Below are positions 1 through 9,499 of a DNA stretch of 64,000 nucleotides, piece after piece. How positions within the stretch are numbered: position 1 is the first letter of the stretch; each line of letters starts with the position of its first letter. The notes beneath the pieces were generated by a model. It was not told the DNA's origin, made no database searches, and saw only the letters and a program-made list of their open reading frames with translations. A program made the position numbers and the translations under genes. Where the stretch lies: the NCBI GenBank assembly GCA_963827235.1, contig CAWHAE010000009.1, forward strand, positions 128,001 through 192,000, written 5' to 3'. Source of the DNA: an uncultured bacterium (GTDB taxonomy: Bacteria; Chloroflexota; UBA5177; JANWHV01).

Positions 1-237
1 GTAGACGGGGATGTGCTCGTCCCACTGCAGCTCCAGCATCCGGTCGAGCACCAGATCGGTAACCTCGTCAGGATCCTCAGTGTCGACCACGGCGGTGATA
101 TGCGTGACCCGGGGATCTTCCTCCGCCGGCTCAACTCGGATGTCCGCGCTCGGATACCGCTGCCTCACCAGGCCGCTGAGCTCCTGGATCGCGGCCTGAC
201 GCCGGGCGTCGAGCCCAGCCAGATACTCGTCGTTCAT
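1..237 (-). CDS. Small acidic protein, probable degenerate MNT-like antitoxin partner of the HEPN gene (runs off the window edge)
   Basis: My translation of the minus strand from ATG 237: MNDEYLAGLDARRQAAIQELSGLVRQRYPSADIRVEPAEEDPRVTHITAVVDTEDPDEVTDLVLDRMLELQWDEHIPVY...; start overlaps the HEPN stop (ATGA). Not in the supplied ORF track. Confidence 0.7.
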   Translation of the reverse strand, partial: MNDEYLAGLDARRQAAIQELSGLVRQRYPSADIRVEPAEEDPRVTHITAVVDTEDPDEVTDLVLDRMLELQWDEHIPVY

Positions 238-635
238 GATGCCTTGCCGCACTGCGACCGGATCGCGGCCAGAAACACTCGCGCACGCTGAAGCGCCCGT
301 CTCGCCTGCAGCTCGCTCACCAGATCCTCCTTGTAGTCCGCTGCTTCCCGCGATAGGTACAGCCGCGGCAGTACGTCGCGCAACTCCGCCTGATAGACCT
401 TTCGCCGAGGGATCAGCTCGCGAGCAAACAACGCCTGCGCCTGTTCGTGACTCCACGCCGCTTGTCGCGCTGGCGGCACCAGGCCGGCAGCGCGCAACGC
501 AGCGACCGCAGCTTGAAAACAGCAGTAGTAGCAGCGGTTCGCCATGTTGTTGTATCTGCCATTGGCGTACTCGCTAGCTGCGCCCGCCAGACTCTCTTCG
601 GCCTTGCTGAAGTAGATGTCCTCGACTTCTGCCAT
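234..635 (-). CDS. HEPN domain protein
   Basis: KAEESLAGA...GRYNNMANRCYYCCFQAAVAAL...SHEQ...REAADY (R-X4-Y) matches the UPF0332-type HEPN pattern; start trimmed to MAEVED. Confidence 0.85.
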   Translation of the reverse strand: MAEVEDIYFSKAEESLAGAASEYANGRYNNMANRCYYCCFQAAVAALRAAGLVPPARQAAWSHEQAQALFARELIPRRKVYQAELRDVLPRLYLSREAADYKEDLVSELQARRALQRARVFLAAIRSQCGKAS

Positions 636-799
636 GGCATGCATTCTACCGCAAGGCTGGACACGCACGCTGGGCGCGAAGCACGAAGACCCGCCGATCT
701 CCACTACGGTGCCCTGCTGTAGACTGACTACTGCCGCACTGCGGGACCGCCGCGGTGCCGAGCCTTGCCTGCCTGCGTACATAGACTGGGAGAGCTCAC

Positions 800-1237
800 A
801 TGTCCCTCGACGAAACCCCTATCGACAGTCAGGCCGACTGGGTGGCGGAGCATTTGCGCCGGTACCTGGCCACCGGCGGCGAGGAAGGCCACGTGTGGCG
901 CGGTGCGACCACCCTGGCCCTGACCACACTCGGACGGCGCTCCGGCAAGCCGCGCCGGACCATGCTGATCTACGGTAAGGACGGCGACCGCTACGTCGTC
1001 GTGGCCTCCAAAGGCGGAGCGCCCGAGAACCCGCTGTGGTACGAGAACCTGGCCGCCAACCCCGAAGTCGTCGTCCAGGTGCTTGCCGACCGCTTCCACG
1101 CTCGCGCCCGCACCGCCACGGCAGAGGAGAAGCCGCGACTCTGGAAGCTCATGTGCGGCATCTGGCCGGACTACGCGCAGTATCAGAAGCAGACCACTCG
1201 CGAGATACCCGTCGTGGTGCTGGAGCGAGTACAGTAG
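800..1237 (+). CDS. Deazaflavin (F420)-dependent nitroreductase family protein (Ddn-like)
   Basis: LTTLGRRSGKPRRTML, VVASKGGAPENPLWYENL and YQKQTTREIPVVVL motifs. Confidence 0.93.
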   Translation: MSLDETPIDSQADWVAEHLRRYLATGGEEGHVWRGATTLALTTLGRRSGKPRRTMLIYGKDGDRYVVVASKGGAPENPLWYENLAANPEVVVQVLADRFHARARTATAEEKPRLWKLMCGIWPDYAQYQKQTTREIPVVVLERVQ

Positions 1238-1280
1238 TCCACCGGCAACCGAAGGCCGCCGGCCGCGGGATCGCTGCCGT

Positions 1281-2918
1281 TCAGTGCTGCACCACGTAGG
1301 CGCCGGGCGCCATGCCGGCCTTGCGCGCGTGCCCGTCACGGTCGACGCCGATCGCGTCGGCGGAGACGAAGCTTTCAGACGGCAGGCCGGCGCCGGCTCG
1401 ATCGCCGGCAGGAAACTCGGGAACCGGCACGGTCGATGCTCCGGCAGGCAGCGTGCCGGCGCGCACGTGGAAGTCTCCCGCGGTCGCGTCGACGAACCCG
1501 GGTCTCGCGGCGTTCCACGCGTTGTCCGCTCGTAGCTGAGCAGGGTTGCAGGTGCTGTTCGCAGGCCGGCAGCCCTGGTCCGGCTCCTCCGGACCGAGCT
1601 CCAGGTCCGCGGGACCGTTCCAGATCACGTTGCCTTGGAGGCGAAGGTCGTCGTCGGCATGCACCACCGGCGGCAGATGCAGTCCCGCCGGCGGCTTCGC
1701 CGGGCCGGCCACGGCGATCTGGCTGTACATTGTGCGAGCAGGCGGCGGATTGACCACCAGGTTGTCGTACACGTACACGTTCCTGTTTGGAATCACTTCC
1801 AGCCCATCGCCGGCGACCGCGCTGCCCCACGCCCCCTGTGCAGAGTTGGCGCGGCAGACCTCCGGGTGGCCGCAGCCGCGCATGCCGAACGCGAACAGCA
1901 TGAGAGCGCTGCCGGCATGCTGATCCGTGCCCACGCGATACAGGGTGTTGCCCACGAATGCGACGTCGAAGGCGCCGCGCGCGGCCAGTCCGGCGTTGCT
2001 TGTGTCGTGCACGATATCGTTCACGAAGACCATGTTGTAGGCCTCGAAGCGGAACCACGGCCGCACCAGGAATTCCAGGCCGCTGCCCTCGCCGGCGGAC
2101 ATGCCCACTTCGGCGCAGTCAAAGATCTCGTCGTCGTCGACCAGGAACGACGTGGAACCGCCCTTGAGCACCATGCAGTCGTCGCCGGCGCGGTGCACAC
2201 GGGAGCCCGTAATGTGGCCGTACTGGACGGCCATCGTATCCACGGCAAACCAGTAGGCACCGCCGATATCGGAGTCCTCCACGAACAGGTACCTCGACTG
2301 GTTCGCCTTGAGCGTCTCCTGCGGCTGGTTCTTGGTTCCGTCAAAGCCGTTCAGCGTGCAGTCGCGGATCAGGATGTGGTCGGTCTTCTCCAGGTGGATG
2401 ACGTCGCCGCCGCCTCCGTAGCCGCGATCGGTCAGCACGTCCAGGCCAATCAGGTAGAGGTACCGCGTGTCGTAGATATTGAGATACCCGTGCAGCCGCA
2501 CGGAGTGCGCGCCCGCGGCCGCCTGCACCACGATCGGGGCGCTGAAGGTGCCGTAGCGCGACTGCCAGTAGGTGGGCAGCGCGCTCTCCGGGTAGTCGCC
2601 CGGCGCCAGCAGAATCCGGTAGCCCGTCTTCAGCGTCGCGTGCGAAGGCAACGCCCGCCAGGCAGCGTCGAGCGTGCGCAGGGCGCGATCGGGAGCAGAG
2701 CCGTCGGCTGCGTCGCTCCCGTGCCTGTAATCGACGAACAGCGGCCGTAGGTGGGGAGATCCCATGTCATACCGCGGACTCGCCCACGAACGGTCCCCGG
2801 ACGCCGTCGCGCGGCTTAGGCCGGCCCGCGAGGCACCCGCATGTGTGGCCGGCTGGCTCACACACAGCGCGACGATGAGCGTGCAGCGAAGGATGCGGAT
2901 CAGTCTCACAAGAACCAC
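1281..2918 (-). CDS. Secreted right-handed parallel beta-helix protein (pectate lyase-like fold)
   Basis: Signal-peptide-like N-terminus; DYRHGSDAADGS..ALRTLDAAW (DUF1565-like), ILLAPGDY and repeated beta-helix strands; C-terminal FVDATAGDFHVRAG and PGAY; start estimated at GTG 2918. Confidence 0.75.
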   Translation of the reverse strand: MVLVRLIRILRCTLIVALCVSQPATHAGASRAGLSRATASGDRSWASPRYDMGSPHLRPLFVDYRHGSDAADGSAPDRALRTLDAAWRALPSHATLKTGYRILLAPGDYPESALPTYWQSRYGTFSAPIVVQAAAGAHSVRLHGYLNIYDTRYLYLIGLDVLTDRGYGGGGDVIHLEKTDHILIRDCTLNGFDGTKNQPQETLKANQSRYLFVEDSDIGGAYWFAVDTMAVQYGHITGSRVHRAGDDCMVLKGGSTSFLVDDDEIFDCAEVGMSAGEGSGLEFLVRPWFRFEAYNMVFVNDIVHDTSNAGLAARGAFDVAFVGNTLYRVGTDQHAGSALMLFAFGMRGCGHPEVCRANSAQGAWGSAVAGDGLEVIPNRNVYVYDNLVVNPPPARTMYSQIAVAGPAKPPAGLHLPPVVHADDDLRLQGNVIWNGPADLELGPEEPDQGCRPANSTCNPAQLRADNAWNAARPGFVDATAGDFHVRAGTLPAGASTVPVPEFPAGDRAGAGLPSESFVSADAIGVDRDGHARKAGMAPGAYVVQH

Positions 2919-3145
2919 CCGCGAGTATTTGCTTGCCGGCTGCTGAGGATCAGGATGCGGGTACCGGCGGCAGCCGGCAATAGCCCATGCGTACGTTCCC
3001 GGCCCGCCGCGCACCGCGCTTGGATATCCGTAGATTGCCGGGCAGTGCTGCCGCGCCGCCGCGCCGTTGCTGCTTGAGAATTCGTGGAGCACCGACTACA
3101 CTGGCAATCAGCACACTGGTTTCACCAATCCATGGGGCGGATGGT

Positions 3146-3625
3146 ATGGACTTCCTGAGCTGGACGGCAGAGCGGTACGCCGACCGCTGCATCGAACAAG
3201 CTCAACAACACATAGAGGAGCTCGTCCTGGCGGCCGGCATGGCCACTCCCAGGGGCGCGCACAAGGCGCTGGGGTCGACGCTGGCCGGCCTTGGCGGTGC
3301 CCTTGCCACGACCGCCATGATTGGCGTCGGCATGTTCCGCATCCCGAGCGGCGAGACCGTGAAGAAGGCCGTCGCCAACCACCTTATCGCCGTCACGACC
3401 CACCGCGTCTACCTGTTCAACGCCAGCCCGTTGATCAAGGTCATCGGCGAGGGAGTCTCCTGGATGCGGAGCGATGTCAGGACAAGCGTGGAACAGGGCC
3501 CTGTGACCTGGAAGGTCACGCTCTACCCACCGCGTATCGACCCGCTCAGCCTCGAGCTCTACGTGACGGGATCCGCTCACCCCAACAAGCAGGTCGTCGC
3601 CCTGCTCATGCAGAACCCTGCATAG
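3146..3625 (+). CDS. Hypothetical protein (possible bacterial PH-like domain)
   Basis: Coding-like ORF with LIAVTTHRVYLF, reminiscent of bPH domains. Confidence 0.55.
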   Translation: MDFLSWTAERYADRCIEQAQQHIEELVLAAGMATPRGAHKALGSTLAGLGGALATTAMIGVGMFRIPSGETVKKAVANHLIAVTTHRVYLFNASPLIKVIGEGVSWMRSDVRTSVEQGPVTWKVTLYPPRIDPLSLELYVTGSAHPNKQVVALLMQNPA

Positions 3626-3653
3626 CTCGCCGTACCTCACACGGCCCGCCTCT

Positions 3654-4142
3654 TCATCCCGCCGCCGGCGCGGCGAGCGCCTGCTCGACCTCCTGCGCGT
3701 GGCCGCTGGCGTGTCTGCCGCCGATCATGATCAGCAGGTCGGCCAGTGCCCGCTCGCCGCCGCGCGGCAGCAGGATGAGCCGCGCGAGCAGATCGTCCGG
3801 CGCCGCCTGTACTCGCAGCCCCAGCGCCTCCTGTCCGGCCTGGAACGCGGCCAGCAGCTCGCCTTTGCTCTTGCTCACGTATTCTCCAACCAGCTGGTGA
3901 TTGCGCTCGTCCATGCTGCCCGGACCGCCGAATATCGGTTCGCCCTCCACGGCGCGCTGCAGCATGCGCTCGTACATCGCCTGGCCTGCTGCAAGGTGCG
4001 CCAGCACTTCCTTCGCCGTCCAGCCGCCCTCCGCTTGGTGAACTCGCATGCCCAGCTGGTCCTCCGAGAGCGGGCCGAACGTACGCACCACGTCGGCGGT
4101 CCCCTGGCGGATTGCTTCGAGCACCTCGGTCTTGTTTGCCAT
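3654..4142 (-). CDS. DinB/MDMPI-family four-helix protein
   Basis: GGWTAKEVLAHLA and HASGHAQEV metal-binding His motifs. Confidence 0.85.
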   Translation of the reverse strand: MANKTEVLEAIRQGTADVVRTFGPLSEDQLGMRVHQAEGGWTAKEVLAHLAAGQAMYERMLQRAVEGEPIFGGPGSMDERNHQLVGEYVSKSKGELLAAFQAGQEALGLRVQAAPDDLLARLILLPRGGERALADLLIMIGGRHASGHAQEVEQALAAPAAG

Positions 4143-4645
4143 TGCCGTCACCCCATCTTCCCGCGCCATTCAGCCGGGCGGCTCGATTGCCGCGCGTGGC
4201 CGGTGCGGAATAGGCTTCTTCGCCAGTATCACTGTACCGATCTCGACCACCTCGCTGCAGCCAACCGCGCGTCTCGCAGCCGCGCCTTCTGCTGCTTCAC
4301 TTCGTCCGAACCCCGGTCATACGAGCTGCAGAAGAGGTGAAACTGGCCGCAGCCGGCTTGTACCCTGCCATCCTGCCTCAGCTGGAGGCCGCCGGCCCCG
4401 TCTCAGCCCCTGGGGCTGGAAGCCCCGTCCCCAGTTGCTATCATGCAGGCACGGGCATCGACGGCGAGTGCGCCGCTCCAGGATCGCCGATAGAAAGACC
4501 GAAGCATGAAACTTGCCGCGCCGCGGACCACCTCCTACCGTGAGCACCTGCTCGTGGCGTGCGCCTGGCAGGGCATGGCGGCGGCAGGCGTCCGGAACCG
4601 ACCCGCGGGTGCCGGACGCGGCAGTGCCCATTCGCGGAGCCGGCA

Positions 4646-5722
4646 ATGAGAGGAACAATAGCCGATCGCTCGCGATCGATCCCGGGCAGCCTGGTCGTGG
4701 GCTGCGGCGTGGTGGGCGCCGTACACGCGGACGCTCTTGCCGAGCTTGCCCTCACCGGTCGCGGCCGGCTGGCCGGCGTCGTGGACGAGGATCCCGCGCG
4801 GGCGGAGGGCTTCGGCCGACGCTGGGACGTGCCCTGGTCGACCTCGCTGACCGAGGGACTGGCGTGGCCCGGCGCCGATGTGGTGCACGTGTGTGTGCCC
4901 AGCGGACTCCATGCCGCCGTGGGCACGAAAGCGGCCGCCGCCGGCCGGCATGTGCTGGCGGAGAAGCCGATCGACGTCACCCTGGCGCGGGCCGACGATC
5001 TGATTGCCGCCTGCACTGCCGCGGGCGTCGTTCTGGGCGTGGTCTTCCAGCATCGCTTCGACCCCGGCTTTCGGGAGCTTCTGGCCCTCGTGCAAGCCGG
5101 CGCTCTCGGCCGTCTCGTGCTGGCGGAGGCGCGAGTCAAGTGGTACCGCAGCCAGGGCTACTACGACAGCGCGGCCTGGCGCGGCACATGGCTGCTGGAC
5201 GGCGGCGGCGCCCTGATCAACCAGTCGATCCACTACCTCGATCTGCTCCTCACTCTCTGCGGTCCCGTGCAGTGCGTGACCGCACGCACGGCGACCGCGT
5301 GCCACGCCATCGAGGTAGAAGACATCGCCGCCGCCGTGCTGCGATTCGAGTCCGGCGCCCTGGGCACCGTGCTGGGCAGCACGGCCGTCTTCCCGGGCCT
5401 GCCGGAGCGGCTGGAGGTCTCGGGTACCGAGGGCAGCGCCATTCTCGAGGACGGCGAGCTCGTCCTGCGGGCCACCAAGAAGGACATCGGTCCCGTCGGC
5501 TCGCACGGTCTCGTCGCAGTTCCAGCCCAGCTGCCGTCACAGGCGCCACACGAACCGCCCTACGGCGGCCGCCACACGGACCAGATCGCCGATTTCCTGC
5601 GCGCCGTCCGGCAGGGCAGCAGGCCAACCGTGACCGCGGAGGCAGGCCGGGCAGCCCTGGCGCTGGTGCTGGCTATCTACGAGGCCGCCGCAACGGGCAC
5701 CGAGGTGCGGCCCGCGCGATGA
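4646..5722 (+). CDS. Gfo/Idh/MocA family oxidoreductase
   Basis: VVGCGVVG, HVLAEKP and WRGTW..DGGGALINQSIHYLD. Confidence 0.92.
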   Translation: MRGTIADRSRSIPGSLVVGCGVVGAVHADALAELALTGRGRLAGVVDEDPARAEGFGRRWDVPWSTSLTEGLAWPGADVVHVCVPSGLHAAVGTKAAAAGRHVLAEKPIDVTLARADDLIAACTAAGVVLGVVFQHRFDPGFRELLALVQAGALGRLVLAEARVKWYRSQGYYDSAAWRGTWLLDGGGALINQSIHYLDLLLTLCGPVQCVTARTATACHAIEVEDIAAAVLRFESGALGTVLGSTAVFPGLPERLEVSGTEGSAILEDGELVLRATKKDIGPVGSHGLVAVPAQLPSQAPHEPPYGGRHTDQIADFLRAVRQGSRPTVTAEAGRAALALVLAIYEAAATGTEVRPAR

Positions 5723-5724
5723 TC

Positions 5725-5819
5725 GCCGCCTTGGCGATCACAATAGCGTCACCGCCGGCAACCTCTTCGACCAAACGGGATAGATGGGTCTTGGCCTCGT
5801 GGATGTTGACCTGGCGCAC
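5725..5819 (-). pseudogene. Truncated Phd/YefM (prevent-host-death) antitoxin remnant
   Basis: VRQVNIHEAKTHLSRLVEEVAGGDAIVIAKA is the classic Phd N-terminus; similarity stops where GKPVARLVP is expected; no toxin gene follows. Confidence 0.75.
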
Positions 5820-5841
5820 GGCACAACTCTGGTGATAAGAC

Positions 5842-5864
5842 TGGACTAAGTCTCGTCCACTATA
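5842..5864 (-). promoter_or_regulatory. Putative antitoxin operator palindrome next to a -10 box
   Basis: TGGAC-N8-GTCCA inverted repeat (5842-5859) directly downstream of minus-strand TATAGT, upstream of the Phd remnant. Confidence 0.5.
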
Positions 5865-5963
5865 GCCGAGCTGACCAGAAAGGACAGGTGGCACGTACGG
5901 ACTGCCTGCCGGCGCCGGCTGAAAATGGCAGGGAGCCGGTACACTGACCTGAGGAGTCAGGTG

Positions 5964-6839
5964 ATGCGGATAAACACCGTGGGCATCATGATGCCGGGGG
6001 ACATGGGACACGCGGTGGGCCGCGTGCTGCGCGAAGGTGGGCTGCGCGTGGTCACCTGCCTGCAGGGACGCAGTGCGCGCACCCGGGGCCGCGCCGCCAC
6101 GGCGGGCATCGAGGCGCTACCTGATGATGCCGCCCTCGTCCGCGAGGCGGACGTGATCCTGTCTATCCTCGCGCCGGCCCATGCGCCCGCGCTGGCCGAG
6201 CGGATCGCCGGCGCCCTGCGGACAACCGGTGCGACGCTGCTTTTCGTCGACTGCAACGCGGTCGCGCCGCAGACGGTGCGCGACGTCGGCGCGGTGCTGA
6301 CGGAGGCAGGGGCTCGTTTCGTCGACGCCGGCATCATCGGCGGCCCGCCAAAGCCCGGCGCGGCGGGACCGCGCGTCTACGCGTCCGGGCCGGACGCCGC
6401 GGATCTGCTGTCCCTGCGCGAGGCCGGTCTGGATGTGCGGCTCGCCGGTTCGGCCATCGGCCAGGCGTCGGGTCTCAAGATGTGTTATGCCGCCTTGAGC
6501 AAGGGGTTCACCGCCCTGGCAACGGAGGCGTTGATGGCCGGCAGATTGCTGGGCCTGGAAGCGGAGCTGCGCGCCGAGCTGACCGAGAGTCAGGGCGCGA
6601 TGCTTGCCTGGATCGAGAGCGCGCTCCCGGGCATGCCGCCCAAAGCCTGGCGCTGGGTCGGCGAGATGGAAGAGATCGCCGCCACCTTTGGCGCGGTGGG
6701 CCTGCCGTCGGATCTGTTCGAGGCAGCCGCGGCCTTCTACAGCATGGTGGCACAACAGGCACATGCGGACCGAAACGCGCTCGTGCCCGGTAGCCGGGCG
6801 TCCGACGTGATTGCTCGGTTGACTGCCATTCTGCCGTGA
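5964..6839 (+). CDS. NAD(P)-dependent oxidoreductase, 6-PGD/HIBADH-like with DUF1932
   Basis: GIMMPGDMG, FVDAGIIGGPP, ASGLKMCYAALSKG and KAWRWVGEMEEIA; GAGGAG RBS. Confidence 0.88.
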   Translation: MRINTVGIMMPGDMGHAVGRVLREGGLRVVTCLQGRSARTRGRAATAGIEALPDDAALVREADVILSILAPAHAPALAERIAGALRTTGATLLFVDCNAVAPQTVRDVGAVLTEAGARFVDAGIIGGPPKPGAAGPRVYASGPDAADLLSLREAGLDVRLAGSAIGQASGLKMCYAALSKGFTALATEALMAGRLLGLEAELRAELTESQGAMLAWIESALPGMPPKAWRWVGEMEEIAATFGAVGLPSDLFEAAAAFYSMVAQQAHADRNALVPGSRASDVIARLTAILP

Positions 6840-6981
6840 CCGGAGACACCACGAGTCCGCTGTGCCGCACAGTCGATTGGGAAGCACGTAGACGGAGCGC
6901 GCTAGAGCACCAACATAGCGGACAGATCGGTGGGAGACGAGCCGGTGCTCCGCCGGCTGTGCTCAACCAGGCAGCCGATCG

Positions 6982-7019
6982 CCAGACGGCCGGCCCCAGC
7001 AGAGGGGCCGGCCGTCTGG
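6982..7019. terminator. Strong hairpin between convergent genes (probable bidirectional terminator)
   Basis: CCAGACGGCCGGCCCC-agcaga-GGGGCCGGCCGTCTGG, a perfect 16-bp stem. Confidence 0.7.
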
Positions 7020-7105
7020 TTACTGCTACATGCCTCTACGCCTGTACGTAGCGTTCCTGCCGAGCGGATCCTATTCCTTGGCGTGCGCGCCTGCCACGGA
7101 CCGTC

Positions 7106-8086
7106 TCAGGCGAAGGACTGATCCTTGTAGGCCAGCGACGCCGCTCCCTGCACGAAGGTCACTTCCCGGATGCCGATGCGGGAGGGAAGCTCGGGCGCCG
7201 GCACTACGAGCGGCGTGGGCGCTCCCTGGCCGGGAGCATGCAGGGGATAGGCCGTGGATGCCGCGGTGTGCATCACGATGTTGCCTTCCGTCTTGCTCAC
7301 TATCTGGTGGATGTGCCCGTTCAGCGCGGTCACGGAGCCGAACCGCTTCACCAGGGCCAGCACCTGCGTGCTATCCGCGGTGGCCCAGCCCCACTTCGGA
7401 TACACGGCCAGCAGCGGCACGTGGCTGAAGATGACCAGCGGCGTGTCCGAAGAGAGCGGCGCCAGGTCCTTCTTGACGAAGTCGAGCTGCTCGGGGCCGA
7501 GAATGCCCAGCCCGTTGAAAGTGCCGGCGCCGCTCTCGCTCTCTACCTGCTGCACGTTCGCCAGCGTTAGAAAGTGCACGCCTTGGTAGTCGAAACTGCC
7601 GTATCCGGTCCCCTTGGTACCCTTGCCAAACATGCTCAGGTACCGCTTGCCGTGATCGACGAAGACGTCGTGCTCGCCAGGCACGTTGAACGTCCGCTCG
7701 GTCTTGATCGTGCCCATGAGCTGCTTCACCGTGTCGAACTCGTCGACCTTGCTCAGGTGCACATGGTCGCCCGTGTGCACCACGAAGGCGGGACGCTGCG
7801 GCAGGGCGTTGATGCGACGTATCGCCTCTTCGAATGTCCTGGTCACGTCTGTATTGGCCGCTTGGTGGAATCCGATATGGCTGTCGCTGATCTGCACGAA
7901 GGTGAAGTCGGCGGCCTGCGCCGCCTGCCCGCCGCGCAGCGCCTCGGCGAGCGCCGTCGAGCGCACGCGGCCTCCGCTGAGTGACCATACGACGCCCGTG
8001 CCGGCCCAGGCCATGCACTTCAAGAAGCCGCGCCGGTCGATACCGTCGTCCTGGTGGTCGTGGCTGATGAGATCGCTCATGGTCAT
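7106..8086 (-). CDS. Tat-exported metallophosphoesterase (CpdA/Icc-like)
   Basis: DRRGFLKC twin-arginine signal; QISDSHIG, HTGD, PGEHD and LNGHIHQ motifs. Confidence 0.9.
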   Translation of the reverse strand: MTMSDLISHDHQDDGIDRRGFLKCMAWAGTGVVWSLSGGRVRSTALAEALRGGQAAQAADFTFVQISDSHIGFHQAANTDVTRTFEEAIRRINALPQRPAFVVHTGDHVHLSKVDEFDTVKQLMGTIKTERTFNVPGEHDVFVDHGKRYLSMFGKGTKGTGYGSFDYQGVHFLTLANVQQVESESGAGTFNGLGILGPEQLDFVKKDLAPLSSDTPLVIFSHVPLLAVYPKWGWATADSTQVLALVKRFGSVTALNGHIHQIVSKTEGNIVMHTAASTAYPLHAPGQGAPTPLVVPAPELPSRIGIREVTFVQGAASLAYKDQSFA

Positions 8087-8532
8087 GCGCCTTTCTTTAC
8101 CGTGACCGTTCCGTGCATGAACGGGTGGATGCTGCAGTAATACGTGAACGTGCCCGGCTTGCCGAACACGCGTGTGAAATGGTCTCCGGTATCCAGCGCT
8201 TCCGAAGTCCAGATGTTCTTCGTGCTCTCGACCGTGTGCGGATCGCTGTCCTCATTGGTCCAGACCAGCTTGGTTCCGGGAGAAACCACGACATCCGCCG
8301 GCGAGAAGGCGAAGTTGCTGATTGTCAGCTGCACCACCCGGCGGTGCAGCATGATCGTCACTTTGGGCTTGGCCGCGGCCGCCCCTGCCATCTGCGCCAT
8401 CTGCGCCGCGTCCATGCCGGCGGCGGGATGCGCCGCCAGGCCGGACGGTGCGCCCAAAGCTACCGAAGCGAGCAGGGCAAGAGATCCCGACGTCGCCAGC
8501 CCCCAAAGGCCGGCTTTTCGTATGTTGAGCAT
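8083..8532 (-). CDS. Cupredoxin (amicyanin/plastocyanin-like blue copper protein)
   Basis: Signal peptide; NFAFSP, WTNEDSDPHTV and YYCSIHPFMHG copper ligands. Confidence 0.9.
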   Translation of the reverse strand: MLNIRKAGLWGLATSGSLALLASVALGAPSGLAAHPAAGMDAAQMAQMAGAAAAKPKVTIMLHRRVVQLTISNFAFSPADVVVSPGTKLVWTNEDSDPHTVESTKNIWTSEALDTGDHFTRVFGKPGTFTYYCSIHPFMHGTVTVKKGA

Positions 8533-8656
8533 GTGCCTAGACTCCATCCATTGCGCTACGTGGTGCATCGCGTGAGGGGTTGCAAGGCGTGCGCCACCGG
8601 CTGCCCCCGGAGTGGCCGGCTCGGCCGGCTCGGCCGGCCCCAGGAATGGGAAGGAA

Positions 8657-8846
8657 GGTGCGCGGTTGTCCGCCGCGGTCAGATGCGCTCGCGCGTGCCC
8701 GGGGCGAGCGCGTGCCCGTTTTCCTCGCCCGGCGTAATGCCGGGCCGGGACGGTGCGCGGTTGTCTGCCGCGGCTAGACGCTCTCGCGCGTGCCCAGGGC
8801 GAGCACGCGGCCGTTTTCTTCGCGCACCGTGATGCCGGGCAGGGCC
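8657..8846. repeat. Diverged 95-bp tandem duplication of the Rieske gene 3' end
   Basis: GGTGCGCGGTTGTC.GCCGCGG begins at 8657 and again at 8752; the copies translate to PGITPGEENGHALAPGTRERI* and PGITVREENGRVLALGTRESV*. Confidence 0.85.
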
Positions 8847-9499
8847 GATGGGGCCAGGCCTTGCGCCACCTTTCCCGTGCGCGTGAACGTGGAGCCGTGG
8901 CACAGGCAGCGCAATCCGCCGGGCCCTTGCGCGGCCGAGGCCGGCTTGAGCCGGCATCCCATGTGCGTGCAGATGGCCGACACCGCGTGCAGCCGGCCAT
9001 CGTCGTTGATCAGGTAACCCAGCAGGCCGCCGGCGCTGAACGGCTTCATGCCGCCCGGCGGCACCTCGTCGATCGCCGCCACGTCGTACCAGCGCTCGTT
9101 CCCGGCCGCCACCAGGGTTTGCGGGCGCTGCGCCTCCTGGAAGGCGATGGCACCCTCGGTCCCGGCGACGCCCAGTCCGACGCCCCCCGCCAGCGCGGCG
9201 ACACCGCGCAGGAAGCCGCCGCGGCTCACTCCCAGCCTGGGCCGCGCCCGCGTCTCCCGGGCAACCGCGCGGGCAGTCTCCTGCTCGAGGCGCTCGAGGA
9301 ACGAAGGGCTAGGCATCTCCACGCCTTCGCGGGCGAGCCGTAGCTGGGCAGCCACGATGCGCTCCCGCATCTCATCGTCGGGCACGGGTTGCCCGACCGG
9401 TCGTTTGTCTGCGACGAGCCGATCCAGATACGCGTCGAGATTCGCAATCTGCTCCAGGGACTCAGGCTCGCCGGTCCTCGGATCCCGCTCGTCATTCAT
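8774..9499 (-). CDS. Membrane-anchored Rieske [2Fe-2S] protein with anti-sigma-like N-terminus
   Basis: CTHMGC...CLCHGS Rieske ligands; helical N-terminus (LDAYLDRL...PSPSFLERLEQE), then VSRGGFL and a hydrophobic segment; overlaps the sigma factor stop. Confidence 0.85.
   Translation of the reverse strand: MNDERDPRTGEPESLEQIANLDAYLDRLVADKRPVGQPVPDDEMRERIVAAQLRLAREGVEMPSPSFLERLEQETARAVARETRARPRLGVSRGGFLRGVAALAGGVGLGVAGTEGAIAFQEAQRPQTLVAAGNERWYDVAAIDEVPPGGMKPFSAGGLLGYLINDDGRLHAVSAICTHMGCRLKPASAAQGPGGLRCLCHGSTFTRTGKVAQGLAPSALPGITVREENGRVLALGTRESV

Noticed and set aside
4405-4426. REP-like palindrome AGCCCCTGGGGCTGGAAGCCCC
   Set aside because: Only one copy noticed and no associated transposase
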